A stretch of DNA of 64,000 nucleotides, from contig CM039002.1 of NCBI GenBank assembly GCA_017499595.2, positions 2,914,001 through 2,978,000 on the forward strand. Reading direction: 5' to 3'. The translations under genes and the position numbers were made by a program. Under the pieces are notes generated by a model. That model ran no database searches. It was not told the DNA's origin and was given only the letters and a program-made list of their open reading frames with translations. Shown one piece after another: positions 22,872-35,822 of the stretch (position 1 is the stretch's first letter; every line of letters starts with the position of its first letter). Origin of the DNA: Psilocybe cubensis (taxonomy: Eukaryota).

Positions 22872-24400
22872 GGAGGAAATGAAATTTGATGTAGTACCAC
22901 CGACATTAGATTTTCTCTCTCTACCTCATGATTGCATTCTTACAGTTTAAAAGCACCGAGAATTATATCTAGGGGATTAGGGATTGTGTTGATCACACCT
23001 AATAAAATACACTACATGGCTTCAAGAAAAGCGTGATTATTTCCATGTTCGTGTAGTTGTAATATGAAAAGATGTTTATCGCGTGGGGTTCCATCCAAAC
23101 CGAACTTTCACCCTGTCGAAGGTCGACAGCTTCAGGGTAGGGGGGGCTCCATCGGGGATTAATTTCTCCGATTTCCATCGCCATATACGACTAGTCATTC
23201 TGCCAGTTTTTCTTGAATCTTCGATGATTTTCTTACATATATCGACAGAACCTGCCGCATTGGGTCGATCGTTTGGATTTGTCTTGGTCATGGCGTCAGC
23301 TAACTCAGAAAACGCATCAAGACCTTTATATTTCTGTTCTACTGCGTTAATATAATGCTATGGCTTGACTGAAGCGCTAGTAGCATACCTCGATACACTC
23401 TTTAAAAACATTTCCCAGCTGGTATATATCGACCATAAAAATGTCACACCACTCCGGCTTCGACATCTCTGGGACGGTTCGGTCTTGACCCCATCGTCCT
23501 CGTCCTTTTGCATCTTTGCTTTGACATCTGACAGAGATTCCAAAGTCAATAATATAGTACTGAACAGGCTGAACGGTCCATCGTGGCTTCCAATGAAATT
23601 TTTTGAATGGTATTCCAGTGTGAGAATCCCAGCGCGAAAAGTGGCTTCCCTTTGGAATCACTTTAGAAATGTCCATCATTATATTACCCCAACACATATC
23701 CCTGATAGTTTCTAAACGTCAATGTCGTGAATAATCACAGGGGTACAAGGCAAATACCTGTGTGCCACATTATGTTCGTGCAAAAACTCGAGTCCCTGTG
23801 GGTTCGTTGATTCAGGACTCAGTGATAGTTCCACTGTTCAGAAAGAAGGAAAGCTCACTTGGAGTATCTGTAGAGCAAATTCAGAGAATTCTCCAAAAAA
23901 TCTAAACGGAAGCAAGTGAAAGGCTAGAAGCTGAGGCATAACCAAAAGGGCATGAGCATCATCGCCCGGAATCATGATGACGTCTAGTATAGGCACAGAG
24001 CAATTTCTGGGATCCTCTTTCCATGTTTTAGAAGACAGAAGCGTGGCAAGCGGAATCTCTTGAGAGTCGGTTGATACTTTCTTGAGAACGACCTTCTGAC
24101 CGTTGTCTAGTTTGACTGCATCATTTAAAACGGCTAACTTCATGAAGAAATATAAGTAGTTAGTGCCATGCAGAATAGTCAAGAAGGAAAGGACCAAACT
24201 GTGCCCAGACAATCCTCGCACATGATGGGGGAGGGCCGTTTTTTGCCCCGCTTTACCTGACGCCATGAAGGTACCCAGTTTGGATCATATCTTGGTCGAA
24301 GACGATAGCCCCGGTGTAGAAGAAATGGCTGCATAGTGACCCAGAACTTCTCGTGCTCATAAATCATAAACATATGATCAGGTTCGGTTGACATGCTGAG
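22872..24400. repeat. Direct segmental duplication, copy 2 (partner 16499-18025)
   Basis: Near-identical sequence including introns. Confidence 0.95.
23076..24394 (-). CDS. AgaK1-type protein kinase K3 (near-identical to K1)
   Basis: Same exons as K1 with only a few N-terminal substitutions (HMFMIYEHEKFWVT vs HMFLIYGHEKFWIT). Confidence 0.9.
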
Positions 24401-24770
24401 CACTGTGATTGCTTTGCTGAAAGTAAGTACGGCTTTCCACCCTCATATTTACGTAAGAAGTCCAACCAATGTTTACTTGTATTTACATGGTTAAACATAT
24501 CGTCAACGAAAGTTACGAAACGGATATTAAAAGGCTTTAGGATACCAGCAACAAAAATATATCGTGATAAACAGACATAGGTGACCTATGATAGCGGCAA
24601 ATGACAATCGCTCAAAGATGAATCAGTGTCTACAACCATTTCGAGTCTGAGGCGGGAAAAAGAGAATCGAGTCACCGACTGTCGAAGGATTTTTTTAGAT
24701 TGAATCTTTTAACAATAATCAAACAGTGTTCCGATAGCAAACACATTTATGGACTAATCTGACAGACCGT

Positions 24771-26057
24771 TCAAAGTCGAGGATTCCATCCACATCTAAC
24801 TTTAATTCGATCAAGGGTGCTAAGCATCAGGGCGGAGGTTTTTCTGCCATCCAATGGCTGATCCAGTCGCCATACACGTTTGGCCATTTTTCCCGCTTCC
24901 GTTATATCAGCAATAATCTTTTTGCACATGCGAACAGATTCTGTGGCAGTTGGCCGTTCTTTTGGATACTCCCTCGTCATAGCATCGGCTAGTTCAACGA
25001 AGGCATTGAGGCCTTGGTATCTCTAATATTCTATGTCAGCTGCAGGTCAACCAAAGTATTAGTAACATAGCGTGATACATCGTTTGAATACATTTCCCAG
25101 CTGATATATGTCAACCATAAAAAGATTACACCATTCGTTCTTCAGCATTTCTGGTACCGTTCGGTCTTGACCCCATTGTCCAAGTCCTCGAGCGTCTTTG
25201 GATAAGCATTGCAAAGAAATTCCAAAATCGATGATGTAGTACTGAATAGGCATTACGGACCATCGCGTCTTCCACTCAAACTTTTCGAACAGTTTCCCTG
25301 AGTGAGAGTTCCATCGTACGAAATGGTTACCTTTCGGAATGAGTTTGGACGTGTCCATCAGTATATTGCCCCAGCAAATATCCCTGACATTTACGTACAT
25401 CAAGATCACGTTAAATGAAAAGGGTAGAGGCTCACCTATGCACGATATTATACTCATGCAAAAACTCGAGTCCCTTATGGGGTACGATCAGAACCTAATT
25501 TCAAATATGCAAAGCTAGCGTACCTGTAGAATTTGAAGAGTAAACTCGCAGAATTCTCCAAGAAACCTGAAAGGGAGATGGTGGAAGCCTAAAAGCTGGG
25601 GCATAACCAAAAGAGCGTGGTCATCGTCGCATGGAATCATGATGACGTCCAATATCGGAACACAGCAATTTCTAACATCCTTTTTCCATTCTTTGGAAGA
25701 GAAAGTCACGGCAAATGGAATCTCCTGCGAATTTGTTTCCACTTTTTTGAGAACGACCTTCTGACCGTTCTCCAGCCTGGTTGCGTCTAGCACAATGTCA
25801 CTTCTCTTTGGAGCATGAATAGTTGTTTGATTATGTTTAAAAACTAATATAAACGACTCAACTATACAGACACTGTCTTCGAACACGATAGGAGAAGGGT
25901 GCTTTTTCCCTGACTTGCCCTGCAGCCACGACGGTGTCCAATTTGGATCATATCTTGGGCGGAGACGGTACCCTCGTTGCAGAAGAAATGGTTGAATGTT
26001 GACCCAGAATATTTCATCACTGTGAATTTGATACAGAGCTTCAATTGAATTGGACAT
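24771..26057 (-). CDS. AgaK1-type protein kinase K4
   Basis: MSNSIEALYQ...GYRLRPRYDPNWTPSW...VVLKKV...HRDICWGN...DFG...VDIYQLGN. Inverted paralog of K6. Confidence 0.9.
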
Positions 26058-26242
26058 GATAAGTTGAGGCCCAATATGAGAAGGAATGGGTGTCCACCGC
26101 GACAGCAAATGCGAACTGACGTAAGCATCCCCTTCCCAAATATTTGAAGTCCGCTTGTACTCCGCTTAATAAACTGGGGAAATCGGTTCAACTTTCGACC
26201 GACCAGAACACTGGCCAAGCCAGCGACACCGCAGATTTTGAC

Positions 26243-27815
26243 ATGGCCCCTCTGGTGGACGACCAGAACCCTCTGTATTGCCCGGGTATAACTGCGGATG
26301 CGTACTTGCAATCACTTCGGACAAGTCTCGCATTTCAAAGCGTTCATAGAATGGTTCCTCACAATCGGGATCTTTCTCGATCGTTCGTTCGTGTCTTTGG
26401 AAGGCTTTTACATAAAGCAGACTCGAGCTCTGAGGCTAGAGAAGATACGTTCATGGATACTTGCGATCTATCGGCTCAAGGATGTCTGGTTGACCACTGC
26501 TCGTCCGAGGATTTACCCCCCTATTCTCCCTTGTCTTCAGCTCGGGAGAAACATGATGCTCAGGGCACACAAGGACGTCAGACAGAAGGCATTCCTCTGA
26601 AGCGGAAAAGCCATTTCAGCGATTTCTATGCCCCTCCAAAGTATGCTCGGTCTTTGGAGTCGCCTCATAATAGCTCTTTTGATGTCGAGACTTTCCACGA
26701 AACACTTTGTTACGATGTTTCAGGTTCAACACCACAGTTCACAGATACTTTGGCGCAGAATAAGGATGATGTCTCTATCTTGCTAAAAACGTTTCGTGGC
26801 CTCTTTCCCGACTTGCATCTACAAGACAAACTTGCCAATGTGGATCCGATCACCGTCCAGGCTATTGCAGATGTCCTTTGCGAGCATGGTATTCCGAATA
26901 CGTCTTATTCCGTGGTTTTAGTAATATATTGCTACAGGTTATATAAACGAACGATCGCTCAAGGTTTTGTGCTATACATCCGTCGAGCGCATTATCCTTG
27001 CTCCATCCATGTCCGACGAAAATGGCCTCAATCTTGCCAGGGATGGCATATACTCTGGTATTTCTTCCTCAAAGCTCGTTGTTCAACGCCGTAACAATGT
27101 TCTAGTCTTCAGGCACACCGATGGGTTCCAGACTTTGACTGAGCTCTCTTTTGCCGGTATCCGTATCAATGATTCCGACATTCAACATATTCAACGTTTG
27201 CCAAGGCTCTCGATCCTCCATTTAAACGAGGTTGGCATTGGGAACGAAGGGTATTTGCATCCATTTAGTTCTGTATCCATTGACGCCAAAGATATGCAGC
27301 GTATTTCTTTTGGTTTCTCTCAAACATACTCTTACAAAACTCTTTCTGACGGCCAACCACGAGGTTAACAACGATGCTGTTCCTGCTCTGCTCTGCCTCA
27401 ATAACCTGGTCTTTCTGTCTATTCTGGACACTGGTATTGATATGGTTGGATTACGGCGTTTGGCTGGACATATGCACAAGGAAGACCACGTCATGGATAT
27501 CGAAATACCCTTCTCCTGTGAAGCATACGTTGACAGTACGTCGTACTTTTTTTCTGTTATTGTTGTAAATAACTTTCAAAAGACATCGCTTCTCAGTATC
27601 TCTTGCATCCCATACCACCATTGATCACAAACCCGCATATATGCAGTCATCTATCGTCTGCGGCCCTCAAACGCAACCTCGAGGCCCATGCAGCGCGAAA
27701 TTCCTCGATCGTCGCCTCTGGTACACGCCTTGAAATGATCGAAAGGTTGACTAAAATCCTGGAGACTAGGTTGCTTGACCTTCTGGTTGTTGAAATGCTT
27801 GATGGCGGCTGCTAA
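26243..27815 (+). CDS. Leucine-rich-repeat (RNI-like) protein
   Basis: Spliced exons give LTELSFAGIRINDSDIQHIQRLPRLSILHLNEVGIGNEG and LTKLFLTANHEVNNDAVPALLCLNNLVFLSILDTGID (LxxLxLxx repeats). Head-to-head with K4, with ATGs 186 bp apart. Confidence 0.8.
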
Positions 27816-28035
27816 TGCAAATCGCTGTGATCTGCTTTTGCGTGTTTCTTACAACATTGTCTCCTCTGCACTTCGTAATTGGTGATCGTGCTATATTAGT
27901 TCTCGATTTGCTTCTGTGACGTGTCTGCACATTGTTATTGTTTGTTTTTGCTGTCTTCTGCACCATTTTCTTATTGCAAACTGGTCACCCCATTCTACGT
28001 TTTTGCGAAAAAAATCATCTTGCCCTAGCGATTCC

Positions 28036-30197
28036 ATGCGACACATCTCTCACAGCTTCTGCTTGTTGCTTGGTATATCGAGCCTATTGTTGTCAGCATG
28101 GGCTGGATCATCACGCCCGGCATCTCTTCCATTGTCATCCTTTCAGCGTATCCAACTATCGCATATAACCACGGCTCCGATTCGGAATATATCCAGACTC
28201 TTTGCTTCAAATTACTCGGAACCTTTTGCTCATGGCGAAACTTTATCAACCACAGATGGACCTCTTATGTATGAGCGGGTTATTCGCCAAGCTGTGCATC
28301 TCAAAATTCATGGAACACGTACCACACTTTCCATGGGGCGTCACAGAGAACAGCGATATTCTCCCACTGTGCCAACCAGTATGGTGACTCTTAGGTTCGT
28401 CTTTATTATCCAGTGTTGCTTTCTCTTGGTGGCGGGAATTTGTCTTCTCTGGGTGTTCTCTTCACCGCGTGGTATAGGTCCTTTCTGTCAAAACTTGTGG
28501 ATCCTACTATCGTGGACTTCTAAGCTCTTTTTTATTCGGCCTATTACATGTTATTGGGAGATGGTCATATGGATCGACAATTCCATCGATTATCTTATTC
28601 CTTCGCTTATGCACGCTTTTGCTTCATTGAGCGAACAATGTAATCGCATTCGCGACCACCTAAATGCTAGAGAGCGGGAATGGGAAAGAGTTCATTGCAT
28701 TTTACGCAAAAAGGACGCTCGCAGACTTCACGTCAGGCCGTCTGGGCAAAAATCTGCCACCCCGCTATTCAGGGAGCAAGCTTCCAAAACTATCAAGCAT
28801 CTCTATCTTCCAGAGGAGCGGGACGATCCGTTGAGGCACATGCGCGACCCCCGGCATTTCAGCCATTTGCAGAAGATTGGTGCCGGCGCCTTCGGTAGCA
28901 TCTGTCTCGTCGAAAATAGAATCACGGGGAAGAAGATGGCCATGAAGTCGCTCCGTAGGAAAGATAATACCAGTGAGGAGATCAATTTGGAGATCCGTGC
29001 TTTGCTGCGCGCTCAGGAGAGTGGATGGTTCCCAAAGTTGCTGAGTACATTTATGGATCCCGTCAACTTTTATATCCTGATGGTAAGCTCATGGAACATA
29101 AACCTTGCATTTATTCGCACCATTCACCAGATGCAAACATTAGCCATTCTATCCACTCGGGGACTTGTACACAGTCATGACCTCTTCTGGAGGTTGTTTG
29201 AGTCGGGAGCTTTGTCGATTCTACTTAGCGGAACTTGTAATAACGCTTTTATGCCACTCGTACCATTCGATACTCACAGTAATCCCTACAGATTCTGGCA
29301 TTGCAGTGTCTCCACAAAATCGGAATAATTCATCGAGATATCAAGCCGGATAATATTCTATTTGAAGAAACAGGCCACCTCGTTGTCGCAGACTTGGGCG
29401 TGGCACATGTCTTCATAGAAGATGAGGAAGATGCCACATTTATGGCGGATGAATACCCTCTATGGGAGGAGATGAAGTTTATCAACGACGATGGGTTTCC
29501 GCTTCTTACTCCGAGCATCGATAACCCGCACACGATCAAGGGGGTGGCAGGTACACCCTTTTATGCTGCTCCAGAGGTGCTTGAGGGTCGACAATATAGT
29601 TATGGCGTGGATTACTATTCTTTGGCTATTGTGTATCACGAAATGGTGACAGGATATGTCAGTTATATCCTTGAAAGTAGCAAACGCGGATGTAGTGACA
29701 GCTTTTTTTGCAGGTGCCTATACAATGTGGGCCGTGCTTGCCAGGACAATCGGAGCCAACCATTACACTTGACCTTGGAAGGAAAGACGTGCATTTCCAA
29801 CCGCTATCAGTTTCAGACTACGACTTTCTATCCCAGGTATATATACAAAGGTGCGCGATCATCAGTGTGCTAACGCGAACTTGGAATATAGATGCTAGAT
29901 GAGGATTGTTATGCTCGCCCGAGTGTAAAGCAAATGAAGAATCATCCGGTTCTTGCAGGAATGTAAGTCTTTTGTCATTTATGGTTCTTTTCGAGCTCAT
30001 AGCCATTACAAAGCGACTGGGACAAACTCTCTCGTCGTGAGGGCCCGATACCCCAACCGAAAGTGTTGAGAAAGAGAGTCCCAATCAGTCCTGGTTTTGA
30101 GAGATGCTTAACCATTAGGTACGTACATATCTTGATGATCCCTTGCGTCGTTAGACAAAAATGCTGACTTTATATCTCACCAAGCTCTCAAGCTTGA
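28036..30197 (+). CDS. AGC-like Ser/Thr kinase with N-terminal signal peptide and transmembrane segment
   Basis: KIGAGAFGSICLV, MAMKSL, HRDIKPDNILF, ADLG, GTPFYAAPEV, GVDYYSL, HPVLAGIDWD. The first exon also encodes MRHISHSFCLLLGISSLLLSAWA and FVFIIQCCFLLVAGICLLWVF. Stop is at 30167 or 30197 depending on the last intron. Confidence 0.85.
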
Positions 30198-30485
30198 GAA
30201 TTCGCTTTAGTGGCATAATTTTTTTTTCGAATTTTCTTTATTCATGTCATTTATTTGTTTTGTCTACGAGATCAATCTTTCTATGTGAATATCATCAGGT
30301 TTTAATTCCGTGACGGTCCACCGCATTTCAAACACTCAAGACAGGACTTAGCTTGCCAATCGGCCTATTCATTAAGTTTGAGGGTACCAGTTGAGGCGAG
30401 CTAAGAGTGAAAAGGGGCTATCTCCGTCTAAATCATCTAGTCTATAATTTACCGTATCTCAACTCAGCTTGTCAGAGGCAGGTTG

Positions 30486-32339
30486 TCAGGTCTTGAACTC
30501 GAATGATTCTACCCGGCGAATGCACTTCGGTTGTGGGTTGGTTTTTTCTTCCTCAGTGAGGAAAAACGGCCACATGGGTATATAACACATCTCCTGCCGT
30601 AATGTACATTGTAAGTCTTTCAGCTCCATCGCTCGCACATTAAATTCACTAACCTCATAGCCGCATGCCGGGTTGCACCTAACCCAGTAGCTCCAGTCAA
30701 GCCATTCCATCAGACCTTTCACTCGATTTTTCCAGATCACCAAGGTCTTGAAATCTGTACCCGTTAATTGCTGTGAAGGTAGTTCGATATCCGGTCCATC
30801 CAAGCCCATCACCATCCCTTCGGCCCAGATTCCAACTAGGGCAGTACATATCTGTTTTGAAACCCCGTTGATGGATTTGACGATGAGCTGCTCAGAGATC
30901 GCCAAATTAAACTGCTCCAAGTCTCTAGTATGCGCATCACTGCACTGTTTATAAACAGGCAACGCCCAATCATGGTTTGTACCCAGCGTTGTGGGCATGT
31001 TGGACAGAGATGACCAAAGTAAGTAGGGGGCAATCATGCTGGAAACCTGGCGATGAGCCTGTTTTAAAGTCGCGTTGTAGTCGGTGTTGCCATTTGCAGA
31101 GCTCAGAATGTAGTGTAGTAACTCAAGCCTCTCTGCGTATCGAGTGACGACGACATTTTGCAAGCTGTTCCAATCGAGGCCGTTCCCGGGGTCGGAGGAT
31201 CCCTGGGTCAAAAGGGCATCTAGTCGAGCTTTGAAGCGATTTACTTCCTGTGTGGTGATCTTGTCAAGCCTATGGGCGCGACGATCTTTACCTGCACGGG
31301 AACTATGGAGATTCGGGAACAAGGACGTGTCGTAGAAGGAAATTAAACGTGAATAATCGAGTTTGATGCGCGTTTCTCCTGGATAGTGATTGTGCCAGGT
31401 TCCAGACTCTAACAATCTATATGCTGTCGAAAGGCGCAACGGATATATTTGGGGATTCTTTGGGTTGTCAGGAAAAAATGATTTGTGTCGTGCATTGTCG
31501 GCTGCTATGATATTTAGGAACGAAGAGATTTTGACGCCTCGAGAGAAATCGCAAAGCATGATCTCGCTACAGTGATTTAACACTGGCTTGCTTTGAAAAT
31601 TTTCGGAAATGAAGACTTACAAATTTATTGCCATTCTTTTTGTGCTGGTGAGACGACGTACAAGGCGTTATTAGTTCCAGCAGACGTACCTAAGAAAGCC
31701 ATCCAGTGCGTACTGCTGCCCCCATTCGCACAACCGTCCAATCCTTTCTCCTTCTTCCCATGTCTTATTCGGCATAACTTGGTCCCAAATCAGTAGGTCC
31801 TGACTGTCCATCACTCCTTCCGACATCTTGGCTGCGCTGCTTCCGTCAAAGTACAGCAGTTTTAACGGACGTGTGGTCATCAGAGTCAAGTGCCAGCATC
31901 CCGAGTCCGTCGACAGACTGCGACAGAAGCTGAATGAATGCTCCGGATCAGTGGCGACCCATTCAGGACTTTGTGGTACCTCATTTTTGGATGTGCCGTG
32001 GTACAACAAGGTGCCTACCGGTACTTCCGCGGCAACAACGGTATGTCCTGAAAGGTTTGCAAGTTAGTTTCGTTGGAAGCATGCGATGTGAAGATACTCA
32101 CCGTTTCGGTACCTGGTATTCGGCCACTTTTGAAGAAGGGATGACACCGTATTGAAGATCAGATTGTCTGGGCTGTGCACCGCACCCGATTCAAAAATCA
32201 CGTCGTTGGCAAACTCTGATTTGTCTGAAGAACTAAACAGGTGTTGGCGGCTGAGACCATATGCAAATGGTGCACTCGTGATGAAACAAAGATACATGGC
32301 ATAAATAGGCCATCTGAAGGAGCTGTCTCCCAACAGCAT
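30486..32339 (-). CDS. Uncharacterised fungal protein, probably secreted, paralog 1 (LYHGT family)
   Basis: NLIFNTVSSLLQKWPNTRYRNG, GTLLYHGT, PEWVATDPEHSFSFC, RPLKLLYFDGSSAAK, LDGFLR, microexon MAINF, EIMLCDF, LMEWLDWSYWVRCNPAC. Paralog at 48160-50097. Confidence 0.85.
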
Positions 32340-32564
32340 CGGAGGCCAGTTTATGGACGTGACAAAAGAAATCAAGTTCTTGAAGCATGTTGACAACCGA
32401 TTCTCATGTGTTACCAGGCTTTGACTTAGTAAACTCAGTATTTAAACGCCGCGTCCGGCCGATGTCAACTTCGAAGGTGAGAGAAAAAATCATCTGGTAT
32501 ATTTCGATTTAGAGATGATCACAACAAAAACTACAAGCCAATGTCCTTATTATGTCCCAATGGA

Positions 32565-34745
32565 TCATTGCTGCTGCTCTGGACGATCTCGAGCCTCCAC
32601 CCAAGCATTTTCTCCAGGGACTTTGATTTCCCACTCCGTTTCCAAATTGACTTTAGCGCCTCCAGCAACTTTCCACCTCCATTCATATTTCCCCTCCTTT
32701 TCCCCTCCCTTTCCATCAACAAGCGGCTCCCAGCCAACACGGAGCCCATCTTTGTTCAAGTCCACATATTTGCCATCCTTCGCGTCCGCCAGACCCACAG
32801 GCTTGCGGAGCACAATAGACGCCCCCTTGTCATCGGAAGTTGGAATGACATCGCGCACCACGAGGTCAGTAATCTCGAACTGGTGCTTGTTGTGTATGGA
32901 TATCTTCGTGTTATACGTCGTGGTGTTGGTGACCTCGGAGAAGTGACCTCCATCTGATTTGACAGTCTTTGCCGTTCGCGAATAGGTCACTTTCGTGGAC
33001 GCATCGTCCCCAAGCGTGCATTCGAAATTGTCGCCCGTGTTGATGTCCTAAGAAAGCGTCAGTCTGGCCGTGTTCTGTAATTTGATGGTATAGCCTACGT
33101 TGATGGAGGTTTTCGATACAAAGCTGTCGTCGAAAATAACACTGACAGGTCCTGGTAAGAGGCGGTATTCGCTGCTGTTCTTCACAACACACTGTTGGCC
33201 AGTCAGAGAAGAATAAAATGATAGAAACAGTAGGCCGACCTGCAAAAAGACCCTAGGGTCGATTCGGGGGATACAAATGTAGGAAATCGTCGCTTCAAAG
33301 GAAAGCAGGGCCACAGATACTTGGTGTTCTACACCGTCGCTGGGGATGGTGGACTCGCCGTGGACACAGAAGGAGACAGCAACGGGCGTCTCTGAAACGA
33401 CAGTAGTGGGCTCCAAAATGGCTCCAGGGCTTGCAACTTCTTCAAACTCATTGTACAGACTAGAGCTGTCATCGACATGGAGTGTCATGTCTTGTAGCGT
33501 TTCCGTACCGGCAGCTTGTTGCCCAACCATTGTGGACCCGAATGCCGAAGGCACGCGGGCAGTACTTGATCCAAAGAGGCCGCCACGGCCAGTGCCAAAT
33601 TTCCCAGTAAATTTTGGATGCTGCGGTGGTTGACCAAAAAGTGATTTCCCTGGTCCAAAGTCCGTGTCCGAGGTCTGTTGCTGGACATTCTGTGTGTTTG
33701 TAGGTAAGCGGACGGGAGCTACAACATACGAAAAAGGTTACCGAAAATCCTACGAGTCCCTTCTGGAACAGAACAACCTTTGGTCTGATTTTGACAGGGT
33801 AGAGCTCCGGGATGCGTTTGACGACGGTGTCAGATGCGATAGTACTGAGAGTGAGTGTGGCGTTGTTCCAGTCCTCTCCCGTGCTCTGGGTAACTCGGGC
33901 TCTGTAGTGCAAAGACACGGAGGATGATGGTTTGCCATTCACAGTCGTGGCGTGGAGCTCATATGTGGGAGTCCATTTAACATTGCTAACGACTGCAACA
34001 AGATAAGTCGAGATAACGATGGATGCGTATAAAGTTACACACTATATGTCAATTTCAGCTCAACCTGGGTGTCCGAGTCGGCTACAATCACGATGTCCAC
34101 TTGGCCCAAGGCAGTACCCTTTTTACTGGCACTCTCGGAATCGTGGAGATCGATTTGGCGCGTGATGGCTACGATTTTCTCGTTGAGTTCAGTGATCTCA
34201 ATAAAAATTCAGCAAAATCACTCGTTATTCAAGTAGAAGGTTGGCTTACAGCTGACACAATCTTATGACCGCGTTCGACATAGCTCTCCAAAAAAAGGCC
34301 CATTTGAGTAGGAGTGACATGTTCTCCATTTAAAGTCTGAGCATACTGCCACAAAAGCTTTGACTCTTGTTCTCTCACAGCTTTCTCGCTCTCAAGGGCA
34401 GCCTTCTTCACTAACAGAGTACGCTTGATCTCAGCAGCACTACCTGGAAGATACAACGCAGCGTTGCTGTCTGCATGGGTGCATGTAACATCAAATAAGC
34501 GGGCATCACCAAGGCCCGAGACTCGAATCGACTGCGTGTCGATACAGCTTGAAAGGCCTCTTATTTTGATCTTATTTTGCCCTGTCTGTACAATACGAAG
34601 ATGTCGAAAACCATTGCTGCTGGCTTGGAATGTTGAGACTTACCTGTAACTGTAAAGAGAAACATCTAACGACCTCTGCTTTGGATGACTTGAAGACAGT
34701 CACCGACTTGATAGAGTGTTCAGACGCCTCAATGATCAGGGCCAT
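32565..34745 (-). CDS. DUF4139/DUF4140 (MuiA/F37C4.5-like) protein
   Basis: HSIKSVTVFKSSKAEVVR, SIRVSGLG, VSLHYRARVTQSTGEDWNNATLTLST, STIPSDGVEHQVSV, NSSEYRLLPGPVSVIFDDSFVSKT, LVVRDVIPTS. Confidence 0.85.
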
Positions 34746-35141
34746 AGTATGGTATGAAGAGACCTGCGGGTGTCCTCTGGAGGTTTTATAGCGTTTGTGA
34801 ACGAGTCAACTTGCGGAAGCGATAAAGATCCGCACCTGCGCTTCCGGAGTTATTGACTCACGGCATCGATGTGATCAGTGTAGACTTGACATGAAGAACA
34901 CCCCGTGCGTCTTGTCCTGGCTTTTGATTTTCTGCCTGATTGCGCGATCATGAATAGAATTCCAACTTGAAAGAAACAAATGTGTTGCAAAAGAGTGACG
35001 TTGAACAAATGAGTGGCAAAAGTGACAAAGAGTGACGTTACCTGCTTTACACGTGCTTTAGTGACACAGTGTAACGCGGTGAAAGTTGCCACTGTCAAAT
35101 TTTGTTGACAAGACGCGCAAAGTTGAACTAATGGCCTAGAA

Positions 35142-35822
35142 ATGGTCAGATTCAAAGTAAGCATTTATATAAAGCTCCTGTGCTCAATATTGAGTTTAAA
35201 AAGGCCTTAGAACCGTTGGCTTCTCGTTGAATTCATACCTGTTCTACAAGGGCATGCCCAACTCGGCAAATCCACGTTCGGGAACGGTTCGTTGTTGGAT
35301 GGGAAAGCAATATGGGCTTCCTTGAAGCAGAGTGTGTTGACAAACTTTGGTGACACGGGATGGGGAGCTGTAGGATTGTCTCTCACTGGTATGTCGCAAA
35401 GAATAACCTTTCCGATGTATGTAACCTTTTTCAGTCAAATACTTTTCGCCTACGACGAATATTTGTATCATACGCGTTGCCCGAGATCAGCATAACGTTG
35501 CATGGGGAGCTTTAACTCTTCTCTCTATCATTGATGGAGTAAGATATATCCCGAATGTCGTCCATGTATCAGGTACGTCAATTTTTTCGTCCCATGTGTC
35601 AAGCACTAAAGGTGAGTTCAGGAACAATAAAGCATGCCCAACTATCCGCCATATCACACAACAGAGAAGTCATAGCTCGTTACCGTGCATTAGCCAAGAA
35701 CAGTGGTATGTGATCTGTTAATCGCTTTTTTTCCTGATTTAAAGTTCGTTTCAGATTACGATGACATTTATGACACCTATCTTGATAACAGCGAACGAGA
35801 AATAGAAAGTCTTCAAGATTAG
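35142..35822 (+). CDS. POP5: RNase P/MRP subunit Pop5 (Rpp14/Pop5 family)
   Basis: MVRFK|NRWLLVEF, IWASLKQSVLTNFGDTGWGAV, KYFSPTTNICIIRVARD, HVSGTIKHAQ. Confidence 0.9.
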
